Of a stretch of 64,000 bases of DNA, positions 25,409 to 39,554 are shown piece by piece. The notes under the pieces are model-generated. The model ran no database searches, was not told the origin of the DNA, and was given only the letters and a program-made list of their open reading frames with translations. Positions within the stretch are counted from its first letter, which is position 1; each line of letters opens with the position of its first letter. A program made the translations under genes and the position numbers. The DNA lies in contig WELA01003517.1 of NCBI GenBank assembly GCA_009602735.1, positions 17,776-81,775 on the forward strand, read 5' to 3'. The stretch is from Mesotaenium endlicherianum (lineage: Eukaryota).

Positions 25409-28400
25409 GTGCCTCGAGTCAGTTGTTTGCCTGATGATGAGGTGTTATATTCAGCCGGCCGTCAACCAGTGCTGAGCACCTATGTTAAGCAGGATTGTTT
25501 GCTTATGAAGCCGGTCTCCCGAGGTGGTACGAATTGGCCATTACAAGTATTTATAGGTGCTCTATTACATACATGATTTGGTACTGGTTCTTGTAGATGT
25601 GAGACTCACGGTAGGTCGCTATTGATACTTTACTTTCTGTCTACAAGTTCTTATTAGTTGGTGGACGTTATATGTATATCAGGACTGCTGAGTGGTTTTA
25701 GCTTAGCTTGGCCTATGGGTAAAACATTATGCCCATGTTGTACCATTTTGAATTAACAGCACTCGAGGTAATCCAACGTTATGTGCCCAGGATCTATTAC
25801 AAGTACGTCTATAAATTATTTGTTGCTGGTTTTTATTTTGAGCATTTTATTTGGAAGGCACCTAAATCATATCAAATTGCAAATGAATGTTTTGTTCGTA
25901 GAATGACACAGTTCATTACAAAAAAAAAATTGAGAGGATCCTAAATCGTCACACGGAACTCTAAGGTCATGCAATGATGGTATACGGCCACGTAATGAGT
26001 TAAAAGTACGTTAAAACGTTATCATACGAGAAAAAACCTCTTGATGCATAACATGTAAGTTCCAAACCAAGTAAGCAAGATGTATTCTGGATTTAGAGAA
26101 GCAAATTCCAAGTTGATATACATCAGTTTCATTGTGCATATTCTTGGGCCTGATTGCAAAGCTCCACTACAAAAAATTGAAAAACTTAGATGCTATACTA
26201 TTCTCTTTTGGTGAATTACAAATATAAAAAAGTCAAGATAAAGACAATAGGCGATTGCATGCAAAAAAAATCATAACTAGCTATAAAGCGCCGGTCGTTT
26301 CAGGTTGTCGTCGTCTTCCATGATTATTGGACGACGTTGGGTTTCAATGGAAGAGATTTTTGTTGCACAGAAGTTGGCGGTTTGTTGATTTTGGTAAGAA
26401 CGCTCGCTTTCATGACTTGCAAAAGATTATTGAAGACTAGGGATAGAGAGGGCTCTTCCCCATGAAAAGGTAAAGCTTTTGTGTCTTTCTTTAATTTTCA
26501 CGTCACTTTAAGCGAAGTGCTTATGTGCTACCAATACCTAAAAATGTTGAAGTAGACGTGAGGGAGCTCCACACTTAAAGTGAGATGCTCAAGTGTTGAC
26601 CAGCAGCTAACAGTATCAATGATCCGAAGAACTTAGAGCTTTGAAGATTTTTCAAAACTCCCGAAAGAATAAAGATCGCGACGAAGGCGTTTCTCGGGAC
26701 TTTTAAGCTTTGCTTGCCTTGCATTGTTGCTAGTGTAATGTTTTGTAAATCCGCATTGCTTTGACCCTGCAAAGCCAAGTTGGGAAACAGTTTGCCGACT
26801 AGAGACCTAATAAGAAAATATAGATAAGACGCTAGCTACTTCGCCTCATTTTGGTTTTTGCTCGTGATGCTTTAGTTGAGTGCACGAGTGTTAACCATAG
26901 CAAACGTTATTGGAGAGGCACAACTCTGTACCGTGGCCCTAGGCAGCGTAGTAGGCCGTTAGACGGTGAGAACGGGCGGTAGAAAATGACATCGTTGTGT
27001 GAAGGTTGAAGTGATACACGTGCGATATTGACTGGTTGATAGTCAGTAAGCAGGGCACGTGTGGCTGAGTCAGATGCACACAGGCACGGAAGTGTTTGCA
27101 TAAATAGCGCACTTGGGCTTGATCTTCCAGTTCGGGGTGGACCATGGGGTGCTAACTGTCGCAAGAAAGTGCCTACGAATGATTCTTTTCGCCAAACTTG
27201 CAAGTCGTGCCGCAAAGATACGTGTTTTATTGATTTTTTGCGCAGCTCCTAGGGCTAAATTTGGCCGACATTTTGATTGTTTGCCGCAATTGAAGAAAAG
27301 TCACAATCCTGCGCCTTTTTTTCAAAAGAGTTATCAGCCCATGGGGTGGACAACGCCAGACGTTCTGTACATCCGGTTTGAAGCACGAGGCTACCGGAGT
27401 GTCCAACGGAACCGGAAGTTTGGTATAAGTTGGGCAGGAATGGGGTATGCTTTTGCGTTACAGTTTCAGCTGCCACGACATAATCTGATATATTATGCAA
27501 GTACCATAGACACGTGTCGCGACTACTATCCGTTTGACGGTGCCGCACGCGCAGCGCAAGCTACGGCAACCGAGGTACGGAAAGTCAACGTTGACTCACC
27601 GACCACTTGACTGATTACGTCGCAGTCAGCGGTTATGTCGGCGTCAAGACCACTGGCAAGGGGTCAATGTCAATGTGCCCCACACCCAGGGATGGGAGAG
27701 GTTTTGACAGCATAGACAGCCGCGAGGCTAGAAGCTGGGAATCAGTGATGAGCCGCCCAGCAGGTACCAAGTCAGGTACTGTGTGACTGGCAGATTAAGC
27801 CAGGTCAAGACCGCAATGCCCAGATAGGTTACGGCCGCCCGGTTGGGAATCTTGAGCAAGTGGCATTTGCTTGTACACGCCGCTCTGGAGTTCTTAGCCA
27901 TGAGCCAATTAGGCGTGACTGCCAGCTGAGAAGCTAAGCAGCCACGCGCAACAGTCACGAGGTGTGCATGCATGCTGAGTGACTACGAGTTTGAGTTGAG
28001 CATGGCTAGGCAGAAGCGACATGCAGCTAAGCCTTGTGACTAAGCACGGCATTCTCGAAAGATGACGTTGTGTGGTGCCTGCGAAAGGCACGAATCTTGC
28101 CTGAGACATGTCATTCTCTCTCACGCACCTTTGCCAAGGAGCAGAAGGAGCAGAAGGAAGGAGAAGAAGGGCGCGAAGAAGAAGAAGGAATTCCCAAGGC
28201 CATTGGAGAGCCGAGGCCCCACGCTTCTGCCGACGCTGAAGTTTCTTCTCAGCGTATCATAGATAAGTTGGGATTGTAGGAGTTCCCAAAGAGGGAATCT
28301 CACTGATGAAAGTAGGAGAACTGCAGAATAGAATCTGCTAGGAGATTGGCACAGACTCGGCCAAACGCCACAAGTGTGTGTGAAGCAGCCTTAAAAGTTT

Positions 28401-29450
28401 CCAAGTTCTCAGAAGTCGCATTCGCATCTCGAAGAGAGAGAGTAGTATTGGCAGGTAAAGCTCTCAGTGAAGAACTGAGTGAGCCTAGCCTGGCAGTGAA
28501 GAGCTGTTAAGGCGCGGTGTTAAGTGAAGAGCTTGCCCCAGGCCAGCATAGACGTGTAGTTTCAGAATTTTGTAAGCTGTGACTTTGTGAAAGTTAAGCG
28601 AAAGCCTGAAGGGCGATTTTCTCTGAATCTGACGTTGTATGTCAAGTTGCTTAGAGTGTGATTTTTGCAAACTACAATTTGCTCGCCTGTGAACCCAAGA
28701 ACCTTAAGGCATAAAGCCTATGTGGAAGTAAGAGACTTCCGTCCTTGTAAGAGGAATTAAGGCAAGGCAAGTATTTTTAAAATTTTCTTCTAAGTCCTAG
28801 GATAAGCAGATGGTGAGAGCTGGGTGAAGGAGAACGTTGCTCTGAGTGTTGGTCATGGTTGCATGGTGCAAGTTCAGGAGCCCAGGGATGGGTTAACCCT
28901 GGTAAGACTTGTCACCGACACACGTGCAAAGGTTGATCAACCATGTTTGCCCACATGCGAGGAGGGCCACCGACACATCAACCAGGTCGAAAGCACACGT
29001 GCTGAAAGGCAACGCGCGTGCCGAGGGACCGACGACACTGTTAGGCACGACACACGAGCCTCGATGTCTGCTGAATGCGAGTTGATTTACTAAAAAGCTC
29101 AATGGGACCGCACTGTAAATATCCTAAACAAGCCTAACAAGCCATAACAGCCCAGCCCTAGGAAGAAGCGACTGATGGTGACTGATGCAGTCGTGCACGC
29201 TCATGCACTTGCAGTTAGTACTGGCCATTATCTGACCCACACATTGACTCTATAGTCTGACTATTAGATGCTTAATAGAGACAAGCCGTGATACTTGGTT
29301 TGCGGACACCATGACCACTGGTTGGTGGATATATAGCTAGGCCATACTTTGAAGGCACAGACAGACGATTTAAGACCAGACCCAGCTTTTTTTTGTGGGT
29401 TCATCTGGCACTCTTTCGGTGCGCAAAGCTTCAAATTTTCTTTTGAAAGA

Positions 29451-32317
29451 ATGAGAGGAGCAAGATGTTCCATGCAAAAGCTATATATTATTCTTTGGAG
29501 CTTATTATGCTATAGTTTTCCGGAAGATGGCTGGGCATCCCTAGAAGCAGACGCCCTCCCAGGTTGGATGGGAGAAACGTAAGCAAAGAATTCCTTCTAC
29601 CCTCTCTATTGTCGACTGCCCACTTGCACAGTGTTATGTTGCAATGCCTCGCACTACATCATGTGGAGAGCTGTCAAATTGTCCAAAGCCATGACGCAAA
29701 CGCATGCTACCCCAACTTGCCACGAATCTGAGAACAGTCACTAATGAATTACTACTTCAATTGGCCCCTTGCTAGAAGGTCATGCCCGGCCGACTACAAC
29801 ATTGTATTGCCAGTTTCAACACGATTGCGAAAGCTTTGAAGGTGAAGCGTGATGGCTTGGACAGGCCAGGAATACACTAACTGGTGTCAGACCCCGCCAG
29901 ATGTCCTGCCCGCACATGTAGCCATGCAAATCTGCACCGGTTATACAAGCAGGCCTGGGAAGTGTCGCAAATGGTGGGCCTAGATGCTCTCACTCAACGT
30001 CGCTCGCATGAGCCATTCCTTGTAGCACCCACAGCCATCTCTGAGACCTCTTGAGTGTGCTTCCGACACCCTTGCAGGCACCATGTGCGGGCGGCAGACC
30101 CTGGGCACCTGGCGCTCTCGGGAGCCTCCATGCAGGCCCTGAGGGGAAAACGCCCAGAAGAGAAAGTCATCCAGCTGTCGTGGAAGCCCAGGTGGGCTTG
30201 CCCCTCTTAGAACCTCCACCCATCCCCCCCCTCCCTCCCTCCCTCCCCCCCACAGCAACATGATGCTTTCCACTCACTACAAGGGGTGGGGTACCTTGTC
30301 TGAAGCAGCTGAGGCCCTCCTAATTATAGCGTCGCATGTGTCGCTCATGCGCCTGACTCTGTGGTGATGATGGCCGGGGGACGGGAGTGGGGGTGTGGGG
30401 CCGGGGGGATGGGTGNNNNNNNNNNNNNNNNNNNNNNNNNNNNNNNNNNNNNNNNNNNNNNNNNNNNNNNNNNNNNNNNNNNNNNNNNNNNNNNNNNNNN
30501 NNNNNNNNNNNNNNNNNNNNNNNNNNNNNNNNNNNNNNNNNNNNNNNNNNNNNNNNNNNNNNNNNNNNNNNNNNNNNNNNNNNNNNNNNNNNNNNNNNNN
30601 NNNNNNNNNNNNNNNNNNNNNNNNNNNNNNNNNNNNNNNNNNNNNNNNNNNNNNNNNNNNNNNNNNNNNNNNNNNNNNNNNNNNNNNNNNNNNNNNNNNN
30701 NNNNNNNNNNNNNNNNNNNNNNNNNNNNNNNNNNNNNNNNNNNNNNNNNNNNNNNNNNNNNNNNNNNNNNNNNNNNNNNNNNNNNNNNNNNNNNNNNNNN
30801 NNNNNNNNNNNNNNNNNNNNNNNNNNNNNNNNNNNNNNNNNNNNNNNNNNNNNNNNNNNNNNNNNNNNNNNNNNNNNNNNNNNNNNNNNNNNNNNNNNNN
30901 NNNNNNNNNNNNNNNNNNNNNNNNNNNNNNNNNNNNNNNNNNNNNNNNNNNNNNNNNNNNNGGGGAGGGGGTTTGTTTGAGAAGGAGGCAAGAGGGGTAG
31001 AGCAAGAGAGGGGGCAGGGTGGCTGTTTGGGTCGCATTGCAAATTTGTATAGATGAAGAAGAATAGAACAAATAATTGAGGCTCCGAGCAGCACATGCAT
31101 GCGCAAGTGCGGGACATTTGCAATCAATCCGGCGGAGCAGGGGAAGGTGTTCCTGGGGCAGGCGGCAAGAGTGGCGAGAGGGAGCGCATGCTGCCTGGTG
31201 CTGGGAGTTCCTTTCTGCCACCCTCTGTCAGGACTTCCCCTTTGGGGAAGATTCTTATTTGGCCCGTCCAAAGTCTCCCGGAGCAAAGGTGGCCCATGGC
31301 AGGCAGGCAGGCATGTCGTGAGCGCATCTTGGTTTGAGAGCAAATTGCAGCTGAAGCTCAGGCAGAAATCTTCAACTTCGAACCCAAAGCCGACCCGATA
31401 CCTGTTTCATGCACGGCTCCATTGCTCGTGAGAGTGGACCCAGGGGGGAGACTGCAGCAGCAGCACCCTCTGTGGCGGCCAGAGGGAAAGAGGTCCCCTG
31501 TGGCGATAAGAGCGCGTGCGTCTCCGTGCCCCTTGCAGCAGCACCAGCGCTCAAACAAGCTGCTTGCCCTGGAAGGAGGGAGAAAGGGAGAGAGGGAGGG
31601 AGGAGGAGAGCGCCGTCATGCGAGCAGCAGCATCTCTTCTCCAAGCTGCTTGCCCTGGAAGGAGGGAGAGGGGAGGGAGGCCGGGGGGGAGGGAGGTGGA
31701 GAGAGGAGCGTGCCTGCTTGAACGAGTGCGTATATCTCTTTCTCTCTCTCTCTCTACCCCTCTTCTTCTCCCCCTCCCCCCCCCCCCTCTCTCTCTCTCT
31801 CTGGCTCTGGCAATGGCAGGCCCAGCCGAGCCTGGCGAGGTCCCTGGTCACGGATTTGGCGTCGGGGCAGGGCGCTCTCAGCGAAATTCGAACCAGCAAG
31901 GGCATGTTCATCACACAAAAGGTCCGACTGGGGAATCTGCCTCTCCCCTCCTCAAGTCTACACCTCTCTCCTCCCCTAATCCGACCTATCCGCCCCTCCC
32001 TTTGTAATCTCTGTGCGTGTGTTTCTCTCTGCTCCCCTCTGTGCTGTTTTGCACTGGGCCGTGCTGTGCTCCTCTCTCCCCCTCCCCCTCCCCCTCCCAC
32101 TCCTCCTCCTCCTACTTCTCGCTCGGTGCGCATGCGTGGTCCGACCTACGCGGCCTCGTGTGGATGGAAACGGAAACGCGGGGCTCAGGCGAAGCCCAAG
32201 ATGGAGCGCTCGACCGTGGCCGATAACGATTCGGGGAAGAGCGTGCTGAGTGAGATCCGCACCAGCGCGGGCATGTTCATTGACAAGTACAAGGTGTGCC
32301 GGCTGGCTGCGGCTACT

Positions 32318-32352
<35 letters not shown>

Positions 32353-35300
32353 GCCTGCGGCCGTCTGTCTTTCCGTCCTGCCATCCATTTGTCGCCCCCC
32401 TCTGCTTGTTACCGTGTCTGTCTGTCTGTGGTTCCTTCTTCCAGCTTGTGGAGAGGAGCTGCTGCTGGTCCCTCCCTCCCTCCCTCCCTCCCCCTTCCCT
32501 NNNNNNNNNNNNNNNNNNNNNNNNNNNNNNNNNNNNNNNNNNNNNNNNNNNNNNNNNNNNNNNNNNNNNNNNNNNNNNNNNNNNNNNNNNNNNNNNNNNN
32601 NNNNNNNNNNNNNNNNNNNNNNNNNNNNNNNNNNNNNNNNNNNNNNNNNNNNNNNNNNNNNNNNNNNNNNNNNNNNNNNNNNNNNNNNNNNNNNNNNNNN
32701 NNNNNTTCCCTCCCCCCTCCCCTCCCCCCCTTAGCCCCTCTGCTGGTGGAGTGCTGCTTTGATGCCGGCTATGTGGGGTCGACGATGAAGACTTCCATGC
32801 AGCAGGCGAGGGCTCAGTGGCGGAAGGACAGCAGGTGGAGTTGGAGGAGCAGGAGGAGGGGGAGGGGAAGGAGAGAGGAGAGAAGGGGCTTGTTGCGGGA
32901 GGAGAGAGAGTTTCTCATGCATGCCTGTGTGCATGCCTGCTATTGCATGCCATTGCATCATCATCATGATCATCATCCTCATCATCATCGTTCACACGCA
33001 GGCTGCAGCAGAAGCCCACCAGCATCGCTGCGGAATGAGAGACAGCACATGGCATACAGGCCCAGCAGGAGTCGCCGTCTCTGTTCGTGCAGCGGCGCGC
33101 GTCAATCTGCTGTCTCTCTTGCAACCGCCACGTGCGTGCTTGCAGCCTCAGGGACTGGGCTGACTGCGGACGTTCCTTTTTTCTCGCTGCTGCTGCTGCT
33201 GCTGCCGGTGGTGCTGACGCTGCTGCTGCTGGTGGTTGTGCTGCTGTTGCTGCTGCAGGACCCAGTGGTGGCGAGGGTGGAGGAGCGCGTGGCTCGCTGG
33301 ACCTTTCTGCCAATAGGTAAACCCCCCCACCTCACCCTCCATCCCCTGTGTCCTTGTCCAGCTCGTATGCAGGCACCTCCTCCTCCTCCTCCTCCTCCTC
33401 ATCGTCGACCTCGCAGAGGGAGTGGGGAGGGATTCTGGGGAAGAAACATCTATATTTGCACTGTCACTTACTATGAGGAACTGTTGTGCGTCCTTGCTGG
33501 ACGTGTCCGTGCATCCATGCTGTTGGTTCCAGACCCCCTTACGCCTGCCCCTCGCCTGTGGTCCAGCTGGCAGGCGGCTCCTGCAAGGGCGTGCTGCTGT
33601 GCTGTGCTGTGCTGTGCTGGGCTGGCGTGGACTTGGCTGCCTGGTGGTGGTGCCAGTGCTGGTGTTTGCCCTCTCGCAGGGGAACTCCACCCCAAATCCA
33701 CCCAACCCCACCCCAGCCCCGCCAGTGCCTGTGCCTGTGCCTGCCCCAGTCGTGCCGAGCCATGAGGGGGAGCGTGCGCGTGGGCGTGGGCGTGCGTGAG
33801 CAGAGAACCAGGAGGCGATGCAGGTGCTGCAGTACAAGCACGGGCAGAAATACGAGGCGCACTACGACGACTACCACGACAAGCAGACGCCCATGCAGGG
33901 CGGGCACCGCATCGCCACCGTGCTCATGTACCTCTCCGAGATCCAGAAGGGCGGCGAGACCGTCTTCCCCAACGCCGCCGTGAGCACCCCCCCCTGCTTC
34001 CCCCCCCCCCCGGGGCCTAAACTCCCCCTTGTTTCCTCCCCCTCGCCTTTTCNNNNNNNNNNNNNNNNNNNNNNNNNNNNNNNNNNNNNNNNNNNNNNNN
34101 NNNNNNNNNNNNNNNNNNNNNNNNNNNNNNNNNNNNNNNNNNNNNNNNNNNNNNNNNNNNNNNNNNNNNNNNNNNNNNNNNNNNNNNNNNNNNNNNNNNN
34201 NNNNNNNNNNNNNNNNNNNNNNNNNNNNNNNNNNNNNNNNNNNNNNNNNNNNNNNNNNNNNNNCCCCCCCCCCCTCCCCTCCTACTCTGTTGTTTCCCCA
34301 TTATTCCCCTATTGCAATCGTGTGCACATCTGCACACGGCTCTCACACGACCAAACTGCAGGCGCATGCACAACTCCACACTCTGACTCGCACTTGCGCT
34401 TGCTCTGAGACCCGCGCCTCCGGAGTCACGCTCGCACGCTGGCTTCACCCTCTGGAGGTGCGCCTGTGCCTGCCCCTGAGCGCCAGTCCAGTCCATCCGT
34501 CTCAGCCGCCCGTCGCCGGCAGGAAGCAGCAGTGGATGGCTCTCCCCCTCCCTCACCTGCAGGGGGTGCGGGCGAATGCTCCAACTCCGTCCTGCAAGGC
34601 TGCCCAACTGCACGTGGCTGGTCATTGCGCTGCTGTTGGGCAAGTGGGGCGCTTGGAGACGCCCGCCAGGTGGGCGTGTGGGCCTGCTTGTTAGTCAGAT
34701 AGGGGCGTGATGCTCTGGAGTGAGTTCATCGTGGCCAGAGGGAGGGCTGTGTTGATACGCGGGGGGCTAACTGCAGGGGAGGATTGGGGGGGAGAGAGAC
34801 TGGCAGATAAAGTCCCTCGAAATTTGTTCTGAAGGCAAGGAGAGATATCAGGACCCCTCTCGGTGGTGGAAATCCAGCAGGAGGGGGGTGGTTGACGGGG
34901 GTGAAGCAAAGATGAGGAAGTGATTGAAACACCAACACTTATTGCAGAGCATGACACAAGCAAACCTAGAGGGAGGGGTAAATGCTTCGCGTATGCACTC
35001 CCTGCTTGCCCTGTTGGCCACCCGTCCGCTCGGAACATTGAAGAGGGTAGCGAGGTCGCGGCTCCTCCTCTCTGGCGTCCTCTCTGGTTGCGTCTCTCTG
35101 GTCATCTCGGGTTGTGTCTTTCTCCGCGTCAGTCTGCCACGCGCCCGTCCACTCGGGACGGCAGGGGGGACGTGTGATGGGGGCCGCGTGGGTGCTTGCA
35201 CGGGTGCTCTCACCCTCTCACTCACACGCCTCTTCTGGTCGAGCTGGATGCGGCGCGCGCGCGCAGTGAAGCCGAAGAAGGGCGATGCGCTGCTGTTCTG

Positions 35301-35580
35301 GAGCCTCAAGCCGGACGCTACGGCCGACTTCTTCTCGCTGCACTCGGGGTGCCCTGTGATTGAGGGCGAGAAGTGGTCCGCCACCAAGTGGATCCACGTC
35401 AACTCGTTCGAGCCGCCCAAGCGCGACCCCAGCGTGTGCACGGACGACGACCCACGCTGCCCGGAGTGGGCGGGCGCGGGCGAGTGCGCCAAGAACCCCG
35501 TCTACATGGTCGGCGACGACCGCTACCCCGGCTCGTGCCGCAAGGCCTGCAAGGTCTGCGTCCCCAAGGTGCGCCTTTGA
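29451..35580 (+). CDS. P4H: Prolyl 4-hydroxylase (2OG-Fe(II) dioxygenase) with C-terminal ShK-like domain
   Basis: Exons 29451-29578 (hydrophobic leader, LPGWMGET; an alternative ATG is at 29472), 30078-30191 (KVIQLSWKPR), one exon inferred in gap 30416-30961, 31820-31921 and/or 32189-32293, 33259-33316, 33804-33979 (HYD, RIATVLMYL, GGETVFP), one exon inferred in gap 34053-34263, and 35267-35580 (LHSGCPVIEGEKWSATKWIH plus six-Cys ShK-like tail). Confidence 0.92.
30416..30961. other. Assembly gap; other gaps at 13600-13695, 18211-18247, 32501-32705 and 34053-34263
   Basis: N runs flanked by G/C or CT tracts. Two expected P4H exons are missing where gaps fall. Confidence 0.95.
31820..31921 (+). 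CDS. P4H alternative exon A (AQPSLARSLVTDLASGQGALSEIRTSKGMFITQK)
   Basis: 102 nt, cag| and |gtccga boundaries, phase 0/0, preceded by a pyrimidine tract, homologous to exon B. Confidence 0.75.
32189..32293 (+). CDS. P4H alternative exon B (AKPKMERSTVADNDSGKSVLSEIRTSAGMFIDKYK)
   Basis: 105 nt, cag| and |gtgtgc boundaries, phase 0/0, closest to the plant P4H consensus SxVADNxSGKSxxSExRTS. Confidence 0.88.
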
Positions 35581-36055
35581 GCAGGCGGAGGCGGAGGCGG
35601 AGGGGCGGAGGAGAGAAGAACAAGAGGAGGAGGAGGAGGAGGGGGAGGAGGAGGTGGAGCCCTAACCTCAGGAGGAGGAAGGGGAGGAAGAGGTCGGGCC
35701 CTAGCCTTAGGAGGAGGAGGCTTAGCTTAGCAGAGGAGCGCCTCCCTACGTCCCAGGTTGGCGGGCTGCCCGTATATACACACACATACGTATACATAAA
35801 TAGGGATCTAAGTATATAGGTTGCTACCCGCTGTGGTACTGCGTTAGTGAAATGTTGTACTAATTGGACCTGGAGTTGTGCCTTGCTTGCCTTCCAGTCC
35901 AGGCGTGCTACCCACCACAGGGTAGGGGAAGGATTGAGCGTTTACTGGTGCACCTGCACAAGTGTATGTGCAGGTGTATTCCAGACTGTTAATTGCTGCT
36001 CATATACTGTTTCTGCGCCAATTTATCACTGTAACGCGAGCACGGTTTCATGTAC

Positions 36056-36643
<588 letters not shown>

Positions 36644-39554
36644 TTCTTGTGGAGCGCGTGACCATCAATTGGCTATTTCAATTGGTGGGGAGTGCACAAT
36701 AGTGTGACTGTAAGAGTGACTTTATTGCTTGTGAACGGGACACTGTCTTAGCACAAATATATATGTCCAAGTTAGCTTGTTGTCTTGGCGGTGTTTGTTT
36801 TGTCGTGACATTGCAGGTATCCATCAAGGCCTGGTACGTTTATGGAAAAAAGATGATCAAATTTATTACTTAGTAGTAAAAAAAGTTGAACGTATGGTGA
36901 TCATAAGTAGCCACATGAACATGACTCATCTTGTCTGACATGTCTACGGTCTTGAAAGCTGCACATGGTCAATGTCCAATTGGAGCTAAGGTTGGTTCAT
37001 TTGGTGATTCTTCAAAACTAAGCAAAACCCCTGTGACATACGCTGTCCAAAATATCCATAATTCTCAATTCTCACAAACACTAATGTCATGTCAATTATG
37101 TATCACGTCCGCCTTGCTATCTGCAGAAGGACCATAAGGCCTCACAAGTACTTTCAGTTCACAATATCATAAGTGCGCAATGCACGTGTATTGGAGTATT
37201 GTATGCAGGCACAAGGCTGTTACATACATGCCTGAGATTAAGAATGCAATCTCTCCAGCATACTACAAGTCCTATGTGCATGGGTTGGCGCAGAACAAAA
37301 AGGGATGTATATCACTACTGTTAACTGGGAAGCCAAAAGGAGGTCCATGATGCATATGCCCAGTTACACGACTTTTTCAGTTGAACCGGAGCAGCAAGTC
37401 TTCCATGCAGCTTCTACACAAGTCGGAAGTTCACTTTATTGCAACGTTATGGAGGTGGCAATTTATGTTATCAGTCACGCGTGTGTCCGGGGCTGCCCTT
37501 CAGTTTCAGCCGCTTGCAGTTTTGCGCAGTAGGAGAGTGCAAGAAGGGTGCACACTGTAGCTAGACGACCAAGAATAGGACGGGCAGTCCTCGCAGCTTA
37601 GTGAAGAGGAGGGTAACTTCTAAGACCAAGTTCTCATATGTATGGCAAAGGGCATATTTCTTGGTGCTAGGATTCCAGGAGTATCCTTACGTCATTGCGG
37701 GCGCAGTGATGACTGGACTTGAAAATGGTATACATTGTTCAGTTGGTTACATTGGGCACTAGCGGAAGGCACTGCGCTCCAGGAGAACTCTTCTTGTTGC
37801 ATTTCCAAGACCAACCCTATTTACGCGAAGAACGAGGCACACAAAATTGCACTTAAGGCTGCTGTTGATAGCACAGCTCCCATAGTGAGCATACCATGCT
37901 ACTTCCCAGAGAAGTGAAGAGACCTCGACGCATGCCCACTAAGCTCACCCCATCGGACTAGAATGGGACCAGTCGTACAGCTCAGACAGAAGTTTTTCTG
38001 AGTGCAACTTCCGCTTCGTCTATACTGCAATTTTCTTACCTGAACTAGTCATGTGCGTGAAGACCAATAAGTAGATTAACAACAAACAAGCATGCACAAC
38101 TTCATGGCTATCCATGACTCCATCCAGTCATTCTCCATATAGAAATGAATTGTTCCATGGGCTCTGAAACGAATGAAAACGGTGCACCCACAACAACACG
38201 GAGTGTGAAGAACCTTCAGTTGGGGACGGAGAGATGGACTCGATCCATACCTGACAGCTAGGATATTGATAAGTCATTTACCTTCAACTCCAACTCGCCT
38301 TTCTTAAGCAGCTCGCAGCTGACCTCCATGATCGGATTTCGGGTTAAATGAAGGAAATTGCACGCAATTGGGGGGGTCTGCTATTCGCTGCATATACAGG
38401 TGACAATTTTCACAATCAGCTCTATTCTCACCAAAATGTTTGAGGGCTCAGATGGTCCAAGAGCAAACTGAAGAAAGATCAAATCTCAGTTTGAAAATGA
38501 AGCAACAAATTTACATCGAGAATGCATATATTAATAAGTCTCCCTCCATAACTCTCGAAGTCCCCACTTTCTCTTTCGAAAGTAATTCTGAGTTAGTATG
38601 CTAGCATAGCAGCACAGCATATAGAGCTAGCAAGGTGCTTTCTCAAGCATTGCAGTGCACGACTTGTAGAGTGCTACTAGAGGCCCACCCACCCAGCCTC
38701 CCACCCTCTTTCAAGCAGAAGAAAGCAGGAAGAAAAACTAGAGTTCAGAAGCACATTAGTAGGAATTTAACAAGCTTAGAAGCTTTTTAGTAAGTAGAAA
38801 AGGCTAGATGTAGATTAGCCTAAGATTTGGTTAAAGTAAGTTATGAGTCCCGCGCGTACATGAGAGCACTTGTACATTCCTGCATTTTACTCCCATAACC
38901 TCCATAATCTTCTTCATATATTTTTATGTCTAGCATATTAGAGATGTGAATGTTACAAATTTTCAAACTCTCTTCAGCCCACACAGAAGTTTGTTGTCAC
39001 ACGCATGGCTCAGTTTTTCCTAATAAATGAACGGAACATATTTGAAACACGACATATGACGTCACTGCAATTGATGGCCCTGAAGAGGACCAAGCAGCTT
39101 TCAGTGCATGAACCAACATTTAGTTTTTTTAAATATCGAAGTGCGTATTTTCCAGAATTTACGAGAGGGAATATGTATATAAATACGAATTTATATATAT
39201 GTACACATGTTAATCGTCCTTTCTCCGATGCGTCCAGTACGACTCCATAAAAAAGTTTGCAACCATTCCACGTCTGTTTCAATTCCAAATTTTGACATAT
39301 GTATCCAGGAAGGTGGTATTTCCCTGCACAGGCAACCAGCTCTTGGAAATTGAAGTACTTGCTGACTTTTAGGACACGGATGCCTTGCAAAAATTTCAGA
39401 ACATGGTGAAGAGGTAACTTTCTGGTGTTGCATAGTGAGGGTGGGGGCTTGTATTATTTGCTATGCCATAGCCTCGCGGTTTCAGCTAAAACGACGTCAA
39501 ATTTTCATTCAGAACTTCATTCAGAACTTCATTCAGCAAAAATAACCCCCAGTC

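Noticed and set aside
27660..29120. Possible solo LTR or retroelement remnant upstream of P4H
   Set aside because: No matching TSD, partner LTR or recognisable coding motif could be established.
30277..31343. ORFs spanning N runs
   Set aside because: Open only because the gaps contain no stop codons.
37300..38600. Exon-like fragments on the minus strand
   Set aside because: Stops interrupt the frames examined and no family was recognisable; it may be a decayed gene or transposon but cannot be supported.
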